Source of the DNA: Patescibacteria group bacterium
GTDB lineage: Bacteria; Patescibacteriota; Microgenomatia; Levybacterales; UBA12049
DNA: 64,000 nucleotides
Direction of reading: 5' to 3'
NCBI GenBank assembly: GCA_038063415.1
Contig: JBBTVD010000006.1
Coordinates: 9,948-73,947, forward strand
In this document: positions 47,844 through 58,000 of the stretch, piece after piece
How positions within the stretch are numbered: the first letter of the stretch is position 1
How the letters are laid out: every line of letters begins with the position of its first letter
Made by a program: the position numbers and the translations under genes
Notes under the pieces: model-generated
What the model was told of the DNA's origin: nothing
The model's database searches: none
What the model saw: only the letters and a program-made list of their open reading frames with translations

Positions 47844-49619
47844 TCAATTCGCAAGAGGACCTTTAATATCTTTCACCTTCAATTGGATCTTTGTCCGACC
47901 ATTCCACGTGTTTTCATCAAGTGAGTATGCTACATCAATCGTGTCACCAATTTTTAAGACACCCGCCATTTCCCCCATCTTAAAAGCAATTGCTTCAAAT
48001 GATTGTCCTTCTTGAGAAAGAACGAGCTTCAAATGATTTCCTTCTTTTCCGAGTACCCGCATCTCTTCAATCATGACTCCCCTGGTTGCAAAGACAGGTT
48101 CTGGGTTTCCCATGCCAAAAGGAGAAAGTTTCTGTAGCTTTTTGTAAAGACCTTTGGTTATCTCAAAAAAGGGCAACTCACAATCAATCTTGAGCACTCG
48201 GAAAAGTATCTCTTCGGTGAGTAAACCATCGGCTGATGTTTCAAGTGTTTCTTGTAAAAGGGTTAGCTTTTCGGTTTCAACAGAAAATCCCGCCGCCATA
48301 GGGTGCCCTCCAAGAGTGAGAAACATCTGCTCATATTGTCGGAGAAACTCGATGATATTGAATCCATGCACCGAACGAACCGAAGCTTTACTCTGTTTTT
48401 CTCTTTTGGAGATGACAATTGCTGGACGATAAAATTCTTCGACTAACCTCCCGGCAATAAGGCCAATAACTCCCTCTTGATAGCTATCATGTGAAACAAT
48501 AAGAAGTTTTTTCACTTCCGCTCCTTGTTCTCTTACTATTGCAACAGCATGTTCTGTGGAATCTTTCATGAGTGTTTGTCGTTCTCTATTAATAAGTTCA
48601 ATCTTGGCAGCAAGTTCGAGAGCTCGTTTTTTGTCTTTGGTACAGAGCAGTCGCAGGCTATCCATCCCACTTTGCAGCCTTCCAGCAGCATTCAGTCGAG
48701 GAGCAATCATATAACCGACATGATAGGTGGCAATCTCTTCCTTCTCGATTTTTGCTTGTTGAAAAAGAGCAATGAGGCCAGGCCGTTTGGTTTGTGATAG
48801 TTTGGAAAGGCCATGAGCGACAATCGCTCGGTTTGCACCAGTCAGTGGCACCAGATCGGCAATCGTCCCAAGAGTAGCAAGTTCAAGATGATTATCCTGA
48901 TTTTCCGTCATTCTGGCAAGCGAACTCCGATTAAATCGGGGGAAGTCGCGTCCAGAATCGATTCTGGAGTCCTCGCCTTTGCTCGTCCCCAGAATGACTG
49001 TTTCATTTTTTTCATTTTTAGTTTTTAGTTCCTGCGCTAGCAGGTAAGCTACCCCCGCTCCACAGAGTTTTGTGGTATGGACAATTGCCAAAGCATCAGG
49101 ATTTTTTTCTCCCGCGGCATGGTGGTCGGTAATAATGATCTCAATCCCCTGCTCGTTGGCAAACCTAACGGCTCTGTTTGCAACGATCCCATTATCAACG
49201 GTAATAATTAGTGCAATTGTTCCGAGTTCTTTTTGTAAATTCTCAATACCGATTTGCGACAATCCATATCCTTCTTCAATACGATGAGGAATATAAGGAG
49301 CTACTTTTGCTCCCATTGCGTATAATGTCTCCCAAAGAATGGCTGTCCCAGTAATGCCATCAACATCATAATCACCATAGACAACCATTTGCTCTTTGTT
49401 CTCAATTGCTTTTTGTAACCTTTTAAGCGTCTTTTTTAGATGCACTGCGTTTATCCCTACGCTTTGAGGAGTTACATCAGCTAGTTTTGGATTTAGAAAA
49501 ACTTCCCGATCTTTTTTTGTCGTTATATCTCGATTGGCAAGCAGCACATCTATCAAATCATCAACACTAAATCCCAGCTCTTTTTTCTTAAGTTTGCTAA
49601 TTATTTTCCACTGTTTCAT
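47844..49619 (-). CDS. recJ: ssDNA exonuclease RecJ with an in-frame palindromic insertion
   Basis: YGDYDVDG, TVDNG, TDHH, PRLNAAGR, GGHPMAAG. Confidence 0.96.
   Translation of the reverse strand: MKQWKIISKLKKKELGFSVDDLIDVLLANRDITTKKDREVFLNPKLADVTPQSVGINAVHLKKTLKRLQKAIENKEQMVVYGDYDVDGITGTAILWETLYAMGAKVAPYIPHRIEEGYGLSQIGIENLQKELGTIALIITVDNGIVANRAVRFANEQGIEIIITDHHAAGEKNPDALAIVHTTKLCGAGVAYLLAQELKTKNEKNETVILGTSKGEDSRIDSGRDFPRFNRSSLARMTENQDNHLELATLGTIADLVPLTGANRAIVAHGLSKLSQTKRPGLIALFQQAKIEKEEIATYHVGYMIAPRLNAAGRLQSGMDSLRLLCTKDKKRALELAAKIELINRERQTLMKDSTEHAVAIVREQGAEVKKLLIVSHDSYQEGVIGLIAGRLVEEFYRPAIVISKREKQSKASVRSVHGFNIIEFLRQYEQMFLTLGGHPMAAGFSVETEKLTLLQETLETSADGLLTEEILFRVLKIDCELPFFEITKGLYKKLQKLSPFGMGNPEPVFATRGVMIEEMRVLGKEGNHLKLVLSQEGQSFEAIAFKMGEMAGVLKIGDTIDVAYSLDENTWNGRTKIQLKVKDIKGPLAN
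48907..48998 (-). repeat. Palindromic element (92 bp) inside recJ
   Basis: GTCATTCTGG...CCAGAATGAC termini; perfect 18-bp palindrome TCCAGAATCGATTCTGGA at 48951-48968. Confidence 0.92.
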
Positions 49620-49620
49620 A

Positions 49621-50331
49621 CTATTTTTTAACTCCTTCGGCAAGCCATTCATAGATTGCATGCATAAGAGGCCACTGTTCCTTATTCATCAAAAGATGAT
49701 CGCCACCGGGGACGCCAACTAATTCTTTTCTTCCTTGTAACCTATTGAAGAAACTAAGCGATTGGATAGGTTTTACATCAGTATCTGCTTCTCCATACAC
49801 AACAAGTGTTGGAACCGAAATACCTTTACCTCGGAAATGTGTTAACCAATAAGAGATCTCACTCCAAGACTCGGGATGTGTTAACAGATACATACCAATC
49901 GCTAAAGACTGATTCCCATACATCTTTCTTGGATTAAAACTAAAAAAACCATTAATCGTTATTATCTTAGCTACCTTTTTATAGGTATTAGCTGCGATGG
50001 CAACGCTAATCCCTCCGAAACTTAATCCATATAAAATAATTTCGTCGTAGTCTTGAGAGAAATGATCAATAACCTTTCCGATATCTGAAACCCGCTGCTT
50101 CAAACTGACACGCTTTTTCCCTTCACTTTCACCATAGCCAGTAAAATCAAACGGAAAGACAGAAACGCCTATGCTATGATATGTTTCAAAAACATCAGTA
50201 ACACCCGGGAAGCCAAGTACTGGTTCAACTCCGTGACAAATAATGACGATTGTTTTTGAAGTATTTTTGTAGAGATAGCCTACCAGTTTCTCTTTTTTAT
50301 CATTAAGGATTATTACTCTCTCAGGCTTCAT
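49621..50331 (-). CDS. Alpha/beta hydrolase
   Basis: ICHG, FDFTGYGES, GLSFGG nucleophile elbow, D, GDH. Confidence 0.88.
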   Translation of the reverse strand: MKPERVIILNDKKEKLVGYLYKNTSKTIVIICHGVEPVLGFPGVTDVFETYHSIGVSVFPFDFTGYGESEGKKRVSLKQRVSDIGKVIDHFSQDYDEIILYGLSFGGISVAIAANTYKKVAKIITINGFFSFNPRKMYGNQSLAIGMYLLTHPESWSEISYWLTHFRGKGISVPTLVVYGEADTDVKPIQSLSFFNRLQGRKELVGVPGGDHLLMNKEQWPLMHAIYEWLAEGVKK

Positions 50332-50350
50332 CTGATATACTATACCAGAC

Positions 50351-51790
50351 ATGCCAGAAGGCAAACAAGCTATGGAACAAAAGATCCCAAAGCATATTCT
50401 CGAACTTGAAAAAACATTTACGACAGCCGGCTTTACTATTTATTTTGTCGGAGGATGTGTACGGGATATGCTGGCACAGCGTCCAATAAAAGATTGGGAT
50501 TTGACAACCAATGCAACTCCTGAGCAAATGCTTGGGCTTTTTCCTGACGCCTTTTATGATAATCAATTTGGTACGGTTGGTATCCCTCTCAAAGATATCC
50601 CAGAAAGTGAACACCCAGAAGTTGTTGAAGTAACAACCTTCCGTACCGAAAAAGGCTATACAGATCGGCGCCATCCAGAGAAGGTTGAATGGGGAAAGAC
50701 CATTGAAGAAGACCTTTCCCGTCGTGACTTCACAATCAATGCGATGGCCCTACCTATTCGTCATTCTGGGGAGGAACAAAGTGACGACTCCAGAATCGAT
50801 CCTGGACAAGCCAGAATGACAGACATTATAGATCCCTATCATGGACAGGAGGATTTAAAAAATAAAGTAATTCGTGCCGTTGGTGATCCAAATTTGAGAT
50901 TTAAGGAAGATGCACTTCGACTCATGCGAGCAATTCGCTTTGCTGCACAATTAGGCTTTATCATTGAACCACAGACATTACAAGCAGTGAGTACCGATGC
51001 CCCACTTCTCTCTGAAATATCACAAGAAAGAGTACGTGATGAATTACTCAAAATTCTGGGGAGCGACTATCCCTATGAAGGAATTATGATGCTCAAAAAC
51101 ACAAGCCTTCTTCAATTTATTCTGCCGGAACTTATTGAAGGAGTTAGTATTTCTCAGAAGCGTCCAGGACGACATCATACCGAAGACGTCTTTACGCACA
51201 ACGTACTTTCTTTAAAATATTGTCCGGCAACAGATCCTGTTGTACGGTTTGCGACACTTATTCACGATGTTGGTAAACCTCGCGTCGCTGCGCAAGATGA
51301 GAATGGTTTAATCATTTTTTATAACCATGAAGTTGCCGGTGCACGAATGGCTTACAATATTGCACAACGGTTACGGCTGTCCAAAAAACAACGGGAGAAG
51401 ATAACCAAATTAATCAGATGGCATATGTTCACGGTTGATGAACATATCACAGATAGTGCAGTCAGACGGTTTATCAGACGAATTGGTGTCGAGAATGTCA
51501 AAGATATGATGGATCTACGAGTTGGAGACCGACTTGGTGGCGGGACGCAAACGGCAGAAAGTTGGCGATTGAAATTATTTAAAAAACGCCTTGAAGAACA
51601 GCTTGCTCCAGCTCCTTTCTCTATAAACAATCTAGCGATTGACGGCAATGATATCATGAAAGAATTACAAATGAAACCAGGCAAAGAGGTTGGTGAACTA
51701 TTACAAAAACTCTTTGCAGAAGTTGATGAAGATATGGAGAAAAATACGAGAGAATATTTACTCAAGAGAGTTAAGGAATTAATAGCTTAA
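50351..51790 (+). CDS. cca: CCA-adding tRNA nucleotidyltransferase with HD domain; contains a palindromic insertion
   Basis: VGGCVRD, DWD, RRDFTINAM, EDALRLMR, HDVGK. Confidence 0.93.
   Translation: MPEGKQAMEQKIPKHILELEKTFTTAGFTIYFVGGCVRDMLAQRPIKDWDLTTNATPEQMLGLFPDAFYDNQFGTVGIPLKDIPESEHPEVVEVTTFRTEKGYTDRRHPEKVEWGKTIEEDLSRRDFTINAMALPIRHSGEEQSDDSRIDPGQARMTDIIDPYHGQEDLKNKVIRAVGDPNLRFKEDALRLMRAIRFAAQLGFIIEPQTLQAVSTDAPLLSEISQERVRDELLKILGSDYPYEGIMMLKNTSLLQFILPELIEGVSISQKRPGRHHTEDVFTHNVLSLKYCPATDPVVRFATLIHDVGKPRVAAQDENGLIIFYNHEVAGARMAYNIAQRLRLSKKQREKITKLIRWHMFTVDEHITDSAVRRFIRRIGVENVKDMMDLRVGDRLGGGTQTAESWRLKLFKKRLEEQLAPAPFSINNLAIDGNDIMKELQMKPGKEVGELLQKLFAEVDEDMEKNTREYLLKRVKELIA
50760..50820 (+). repeat. 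Palindromic element (61 bp) inside cca
   Basis: GTCATTCTGGGGA...GACTCCAGAATCGATCCTGGACAAGCCAGAATGAC. Confidence 0.92.
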
Positions 51791-51804
51791 ACGGTAAGTA
51801 ACAC

Positions 51805-52092
51805 TTACTTCTCTTTCTTTCCAACAGCTCCATGCCCTGCATGGAAAAGACCGATGAGAAGTAGCCCTAAAGCAAATGATATAAATGAAATCATCGGATA
51901 CTGGCTCCAATCTACTCGTGTGAACAAAACTGCTGAAAGAATAAAACAAAACCATCCAGAAAGAAGATTTGGAATAGGACCATTACCAAAAGCCATAGGA
52001 TAGGATTCTTTTGTAATACCTTTTACAAAATGGGGTATAGCATTTCCCCCCAATAATCCAGAAAAAAAGCTTAAAAGAATTGCCGCGAACAT
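51805..52092 (-). CDS. Small membrane protein
   Basis: 95 aa, three hydrophobic segments, NAIPHFVKG motif; TATAAT 6 nt before ATG. Confidence 0.75.
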   Translation of the reverse strand: MFAAILLSFFSGLLGGNAIPHFVKGITKESYPMAFGNGPIPNLLSGWFCFILSAVLFTRVDWSQYPMISFISFALGLLLIGLFHAGHGAVGKKEK

Positions 52093-52164
52093 AATTCTAT
52101 TATAACATTGTTTTCTATCTACTACAAACTAGTATCCTAAAACAAAAAATGATATCATACAACT

Positions 52165-52614
52165 ATGCTCAAAGAACAACTCAGAGAAGAACTCAAACAG
52201 GCAATGTTTGCAAAAGATGAAACCAAGAAGTCAGTACTTCGGATGCTGATATCTGCTATTGGCTACTTTGAAATCGAAAAGGGTGGTGCAGGATATGAAG
52301 CAACAGAACAAGATGTTATGGATGTTATAGGGAAACAAGCAAAACAACGACGTGACTCTATTGAGCAATTTACCACAGCCGGAAGAACAGAATTGGTTGA
52401 AAATGAGACAAAAGAACTTGCAATACTACAATCTTATCTCCCCCAGCAAATGGGTGAAGAAGAAATCAAAACATTAGTAAAAGAAGCAATTGCCGCGACA
52501 GGTGCCACCACTTCAGCTGATATGGGTAAAGTAATGGGAGCACTTATGCCAAAAACAAAAGGCAAAGCAGATGGAGCGCTCGTTAGTAAAATTGTCCGCG
52601 AATCACTCGCTTAA
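52165..52614 (+). CDS. GatB/YqeY domain protein
   Basis: KQRRDSIEQF...ELAILQSYLPQQ...DMGKVMG. Confidence 0.93.
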   Translation: MLKEQLREELKQAMFAKDETKKSVLRMLISAIGYFEIEKGGAGYEATEQDVMDVIGKQAKQRRDSIEQFTTAGRTELVENETKELAILQSYLPQQMGEEEIKTLVKEAIAATGATTSADMGKVMGALMPKTKGKADGALVSKIVRESLA

Positions 52615-52626
52615 CCTCTTTGTCGC

Positions 52627-52655
52627 TTGACAGAAGCATTTGTTTTTCCTATAAA
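52627..52655 (+). promoter_or_regulatory. pur operon promoter TTGACA-N17-TATAAA
   Basis: Near-consensus sigma70 boxes with exact 17-nt spacing. Confidence 0.8.
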
Positions 52656-52719
52656 TAAAGAATAAAAGATGAGACTTCTACAAAAAAAGAAATCATTAAA
52701 ATAACTCAAGGGAAATGAC

Positions 52720-52743
52720 GCCGCTTAAAAGCGGCTTTTTTTT
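52720..52743 (+). terminator. Intrinsic terminator in the pur leader (candidate attenuator)
   Basis: GCCGC-TTAAAA-GCGGC-T8 between the promoter and the purF start. Confidence 0.8.
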
Positions 52744-52757
52744 ATTCTCTTAATGAT

Positions 52758-54884
52758 ATGGTTCAAAGAAAACTAAAAGAAAAATGTGGCATTATCGGCG
52801 TGTATACGGCAAGTCAACACGCTTCCTCCTATGCCAAACAAGGATTGGCTGCATTGCAGCATCGGGGGCAAGAAAGTGCCGGGATGAGTATTCTTACTCC
52901 ACAAAAAAAGATCAAAACCTATACCGGCATGGGAATCATTCCGCATGTTTTAACAAATAGTGTCCTTAAAAAATTAGGGGAGAATGCTATGGCGATTGGA
53001 CATAACAGATACGCAACTTCTGGACATGGCGCATTAGGTAACGCTCATCCTATTGAAATTAAAAATAAAAAATATCAGGTTAGTATTGGACATAATGGTA
53101 ATATTCCAGAGCTTTCATCTATTCGGAAAAAACTAGGTGAGAAAAAAAGAACAATAAGCGATACGACACTTATGGCACGGCTGCTTATGCAGGAACGTCC
53201 TCAATTTACTTCATGGGAAGGAACTCTCATCAATACGCTTCCAGAATTTAAAGGGGCATATAATCTTGTTTTTTTGACAAACGATGGTTCACTCTTTGGT
53301 ATCCGTGATCCTTATGGCATACGACCCCTTTGTCTTGGGAAACTACCTGATGGTTGGGTCGTAGCTTCTGAATCGGTAGCACTTGACGCAATTGGCGCTC
53401 ACTTTGTTCGAGACATACATCCCGGAGAAATTATAAAAATAACACTCGATGGCAAAATCGAATCATACTTTTTTGGAGAACCCAAAAGGCAACAATTTTG
53501 TCTTTTTGAATTTATTTATTTTGCTCGACCGGATAGTTTTATTAATGGCAAAAGGGTTCGTACCACCCGAGAAGCAGCCGGAAAACTTCTTGGAAAAAGA
53601 CTTAAACAAAAAGATATCCGACCCGATGTCGTAGTACCAACTTTTGACTCAGGATATCCAGCCGCAAAAGGGGTAGCAGAAGAGCTTGGACTTCCGATAG
53701 TTGATGCAATCACGACAAGTCATTATATTGGGAGGACATTTATCCAACCAGGACAAGAAAATAGAGTTGCGGCTGTTAAGGGAAAACATAATATCGTCCC
53801 TGATGATATTATCGGCAAACATGTCGTCATTGTTGATGATTCCGCAGTACGATTAACAACGAGTACTGTTCTTGCACGAGAGTTTAAACAAGCAGGAGCA
53901 AAAAAAGTAACGATGGCATTTGCTAGCCCCCCAGTTATTGAACAATGTGATTTGGGCATTGATATGCGCAGTAAAAAATATCTTCCTGCCTCCCAATTTG
54001 AGAATCAACCATTTGAAGAAATTGAAAGGCAAGTTGCATCACTGATTAACGCGCATGATGTAGTATACCTACCAATTGAAGAAACAATTAAGGCAATTGG
54101 TGGTACGACAAAAGACTTTTATCACTACCCATTTGGCGGACCTCACCCTCTACGTTCAAACCAGGAAGCATTTGCAAAAAAAAGAGAAACGAAACAAGGC
54201 AAACCAAAAATCTTTGTTTTTATTTCCGGATCAGGAACAAATTTACAAGTAATTATTGATATGATTAACGAGAAAAAAATTAATGCCGAGATTGTCGCAG
54301 TTCTTTCAAATAAAGAGGATGCTTATGGACTCACCCGAGCAAAACAACACCATATTCCAACGATAATTCTTCCTTACTCAGAAAAACTAAACGATGCGAA
54401 AGCTCGACAAAGCTATGAAAAAAAGCTTATACAACAGGTGCAACTCTATAATCCTGATATTATTTTACTTTCTGGATGGACATTTATTCTGGGTGATACA
54501 TTTTTGCAAGCAATGCAAAAAACAGGTGTTCCTATCATTAACCATCACCCTGCACTTCTTTCGCAACATGCAGAAAGAGTAGTACAAACATCACGAGGAG
54601 CTATTCCAGTGATTCGCGGCCCGCATGGATTTAAAGACGCTTACGAAAAAAATCTACCGGTCTCAGGAATTACCGTCCATCAAGTATTACCAGGTAATAG
54701 CGTTGACATGGGACCAATTATTACCAAAGCAGAAGTACGAAGAAAAACAAATGATACTCCTGAAACGTTCGAAAAAAGGATCCGAGAAATGGAATATGTA
54801 TTACTTCCAACTGCTATAAAAAGAATTTTGCATGTAACCAATCACCATAATATTGATATTAGTAAAGGAGACTTTCCCTGGTAG
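52758..54884 (+). CDS. purF: Amidophosphoribosyltransferase fused to GAR transformylase (PurF-PurN)
   Basis: KEKCGIIG, LQHRGQE, FEFIYFARPDS, VDDSAVR; then FISGSGTNLQ, INHHPALL, SGITVH, VDMGPII. Confidence 0.93.
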   Translation: MVQRKLKEKCGIIGVYTASQHASSYAKQGLAALQHRGQESAGMSILTPQKKIKTYTGMGIIPHVLTNSVLKKLGENAMAIGHNRYATSGHGALGNAHPIEIKNKKYQVSIGHNGNIPELSSIRKKLGEKKRTISDTTLMARLLMQERPQFTSWEGTLINTLPEFKGAYNLVFLTNDGSLFGIRDPYGIRPLCLGKLPDGWVVASESVALDAIGAHFVRDIHPGEIIKITLDGKIESYFFGEPKRQQFCLFEFIYFARPDSFINGKRVRTTREAAGKLLGKRLKQKDIRPDVVVPTFDSGYPAAKGVAEELGLPIVDAITTSHYIGRTFIQPGQENRVAAVKGKHNIVPDDIIGKHVVIVDDSAVRLTTSTVLAREFKQAGAKKVTMAFASPPVIEQCDLGIDMRSKKYLPASQFENQPFEEIERQVASLINAHDVVYLPIEETIKAIGGTTKDFYHYPFGGPHPLRSNQEAFAKKRETKQGKPKIFVFISGSGTNLQVIIDMINEKKINAEIVAVLSNKEDAYGLTRAKQHHIPTIILPYSEKLNDAKARQSYEKKLIQQVQLYNPDIILLSGWTFILGDTFLQAMQKTGVPIINHHPALLSQHAERVVQTSRGAIPVIRGPHGFKDAYEKNLPVSGITVHQVLPGNSVDMGPIITKAEVRRKTNDTPETFEKRIREMEYVLLPTAIKRILHVTNHHNIDISKGDFPW

Positions 54885-54904
54885 CAACGAACTATTTTAA
54901 TTTT

Positions 54905-55013
54905 TAGAAAGCGAGGAATATATTTTTTCGCAGTGATCAATAGTGATAATGTGGTTGAAGAATCTATCTTAAACTTTTTCGCGTGGATCACAAGAAAAAA
55001 TTTCATTCCGAGC
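54905..55013 (+). repeat. Intergenic ~110-bp hairpin repeat, copy 1 (upstream of purD)
   Basis: TAGAAAG.GAGGAA...TTTTTCGCAGTGATC...TTTTCGCGTGGATCACAAGAAAAA...TTCCGA; homologous to 59383-59491. Confidence 0.9.
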
Positions 55014-55022
55014 AAATAACAT

Positions 55023-58000
55023 ATGAAAAAAAAGAATAACATTTTGATTATTGGTTCAGGGGCACGAGAACATGCCTTGGGATGGAAATTTAAACAATCA
55101 CCAAGAATTGATAAGATATATTTTGCTCCAGGAACTGCTGGGACAGAACTTATTGGAAAAACTACCAATATAGCATTTTCTGATATTCCTTCACTAATTA
55201 CCTTTGCAAAAGAAAATGCGATAGATCTTACGGTCGCTGGACCTGATGATGCACTTGCAGCAGGAGTCGTAAATAGCTTTCAAGACAATGGGCTTAACAT
55301 TTTTGGACCAACCAAAGAAGCTGCTCAAATAGAATCGTCAAAAGCTTTTGCAAAAAAAATAATGCAAGAAGAAAACATACCAACTGCAACCTATCAAACA
55401 TTTACTTCATTTACCAAAGCAAAAAACTACCTGCAGAAGCAATCGCTCCCTATTGTTATCAAAGCCAGCGGACTTGCCCTTGGGAAAGGCGTGATCATCG
55501 CGCAAACAAAAGAAGCAGCAGAAAAAACACTTGAAGATATCCTCATTAAAAAGGTCTTTGGTGATGCGGGGAAAGAGGTCATTATTGAAGAGTTTTTGAT
55601 CGGTCCAGAAATTTCTATTCATGCATTTTCTGACGGAGAAAATGTGTCACTCTTCCCGGCAGCACGCGATCACAAGCCAATTTTTGAAGGTAATCATGGG
55701 CCAAACACAGGAGGCATGGGAACAATCGCTCCTCTTCCAGAAATAACGGACGAACAACTTGAAGAAATTAAAAAAACAATTGTCTTACCAATTATCCAAG
55801 GGCTGAAGAAACGTGGTATGCCTTTTGTGGGATGCCTTTATCCAGGATTAATCTTGACAAAAGAAGGCCCAAAAGTATTGGAGTTTAATGCTCGATTTGG
55901 CGACCCCGAAATGGAGTCCTATATGAGACTTCTTGAGACAGATATCCTTGATATCCTCATTGCTTGTACCGAAGGCAAATTAAATAAACAGAGAATTATT
56001 TGGTCGATTCAAGCTGCTTGCTGTATTGTCTTAGCTTCTGCGGGCTATCCTGTAACTTCCCATAAAGGTGATGTTATCAAAGGGTTAGAAAAAGTGGGAA
56101 AACAAAAAGATATTGTTGTCTTTCATTTTGCGACAAAAAAAGTACAGGGGGTAATGAGGACAAATGGTGGCCGAGTCCTTGGCGTTACCGCAGTTGGCAA
56201 AAACCTTGATGAGGCAGTTGATAAGGCCTATGCAGCCATTGGAAAAGATGGTATCCATTTTGCTGGGATGCAATATAGAAAAGATATTGGACGGATAAAA
56301 AAGAGTAAGATTATTGAGAGTGATGCAGGAGCGAAGCAATCTCTTCCAGAAAAGATAACAAGACTTGAGGTTTTTTCAAAAATCCCTGATACTCGGGCTG
56401 TTGTCAAAAAGAAAAAATTACAAGGGGTGAATGAAAAAATTAAAAAGGTGTCTCTTGCTGATGTGTATACCATAGATAAAGGCTTTTCAGAAAATGAGTT
56501 ACAAAGAATCGCAGAAACACTTTCTAATCCAACGACACAAAGCTATACTTTTTCACCAAACCAATCATTCAAAAAAAAGTCTTTTACGTGGGCTATTGAA
56601 ATAGGCTTCCTCCCTGGTGTTACCGATAATATTGCAACAACTGCAAAAGAAACAATTGCTGATTTACTCGATAAGCCATTTAATGAAGGAGAAAATATTC
56701 ATACATCTCAGCTTATTTTCCTTGAGGGAGATATAAACAAAAAAGAAGCAGAAGAAATTGCTACGATGCTGTATAACCCGCTAATTCAGAGAATGCATCT
56801 TAAAAGCTTTAAAGAGTATCAAAAAGATAATGGGATGGATATTATCGTTCCAAAAGTAAAACTTGAAAAAGAACCAGAGATAAGAGAAGTTAACCTTAGC
56901 GTCTCAGATGAAGAGCTTACCGTTATTGGGAAAAAAGGTATTGCAAACTCTGATGCAATCGGAGCAAGACGAGGACCACTAGCACTTGATCTTGTGTATA
57001 TGAAAATTATTCAAAAATATTTTAAAAAGCTTAAAAGAAACCCAACGGATATTGAACTTGAGTCCATTGCACAGACATGGTCGGAGCATTGTAAACATAC
57101 TATTTTTGCTGATCCTATTGACGAGATCAAAGAAGGATTATTTAAAAGGTATATCAAACAAGCTACTGAGGAAATTCGTAAGAAAAAAGGGAAACGTGAC
57201 TTTTGTGTCTCTGTCTTTACCGATAATTCAGGGGGCATCGCTTTTGATAACGAATATTTGATAACACATAAAGTAGAAACCCACAATAGTCCATCAGCAC
57301 TTGATCCTTTTGGGGGAGCAATTACAGGGATTGTGGGAGTCAATCGTGACGCGCTTGGTTTTGGTCTTGGAGCAAAACCCGTTGCAAATATGTACGGCTA
57401 TTGTCTTGCTGATCCACGAAAAGATATCCCTCTTTATAAAGGTAAAAATCAAACACAAAAAATGCTCTCATCCAGGCGGATTATGGATGGAGTTATTGAT
57501 GGCGTAAATGCTGGAGGTAACCAATCAGGGATTCCAACACCCCAAGGATTTATGTATTTTGATGAACGGTACCGCGGTAAGCCACTTGTTTTTGTCGGTA
57601 CCGTAGGTCTCATCCCACGTAAAATTCAAGGGAAGCTTTCGCATGTAAAAGAAGCACAACCCGGAGATTATATTGTCATGATTGGAGGAAGGGTCGGCAA
57701 AGATGGTATCCATGGCGCAACCTTTTCATCAGAAGCACTCGATAGTGGAAGTCCTGCAAGTGCGGTACAAATTGGTGACCCGATCACCCAGAAAAAACTC
57801 AGTGATGCCCTTGTCAAAGAAGCCCGAGACCAACTGCTCTATACAAGTATTACCGATAATGGCGCAGGAGGACTCTCTTGTTCTGTCTCTGAAATGGCCA
57901 AAGAATCAGGTGGTTGTCTGGTGGAGTTAGAAAAAATACCCCTGAAATATCCAGGACTTGATCCTTGGGAAATATGGATCTCCGAATCACAAGAGCGAAT

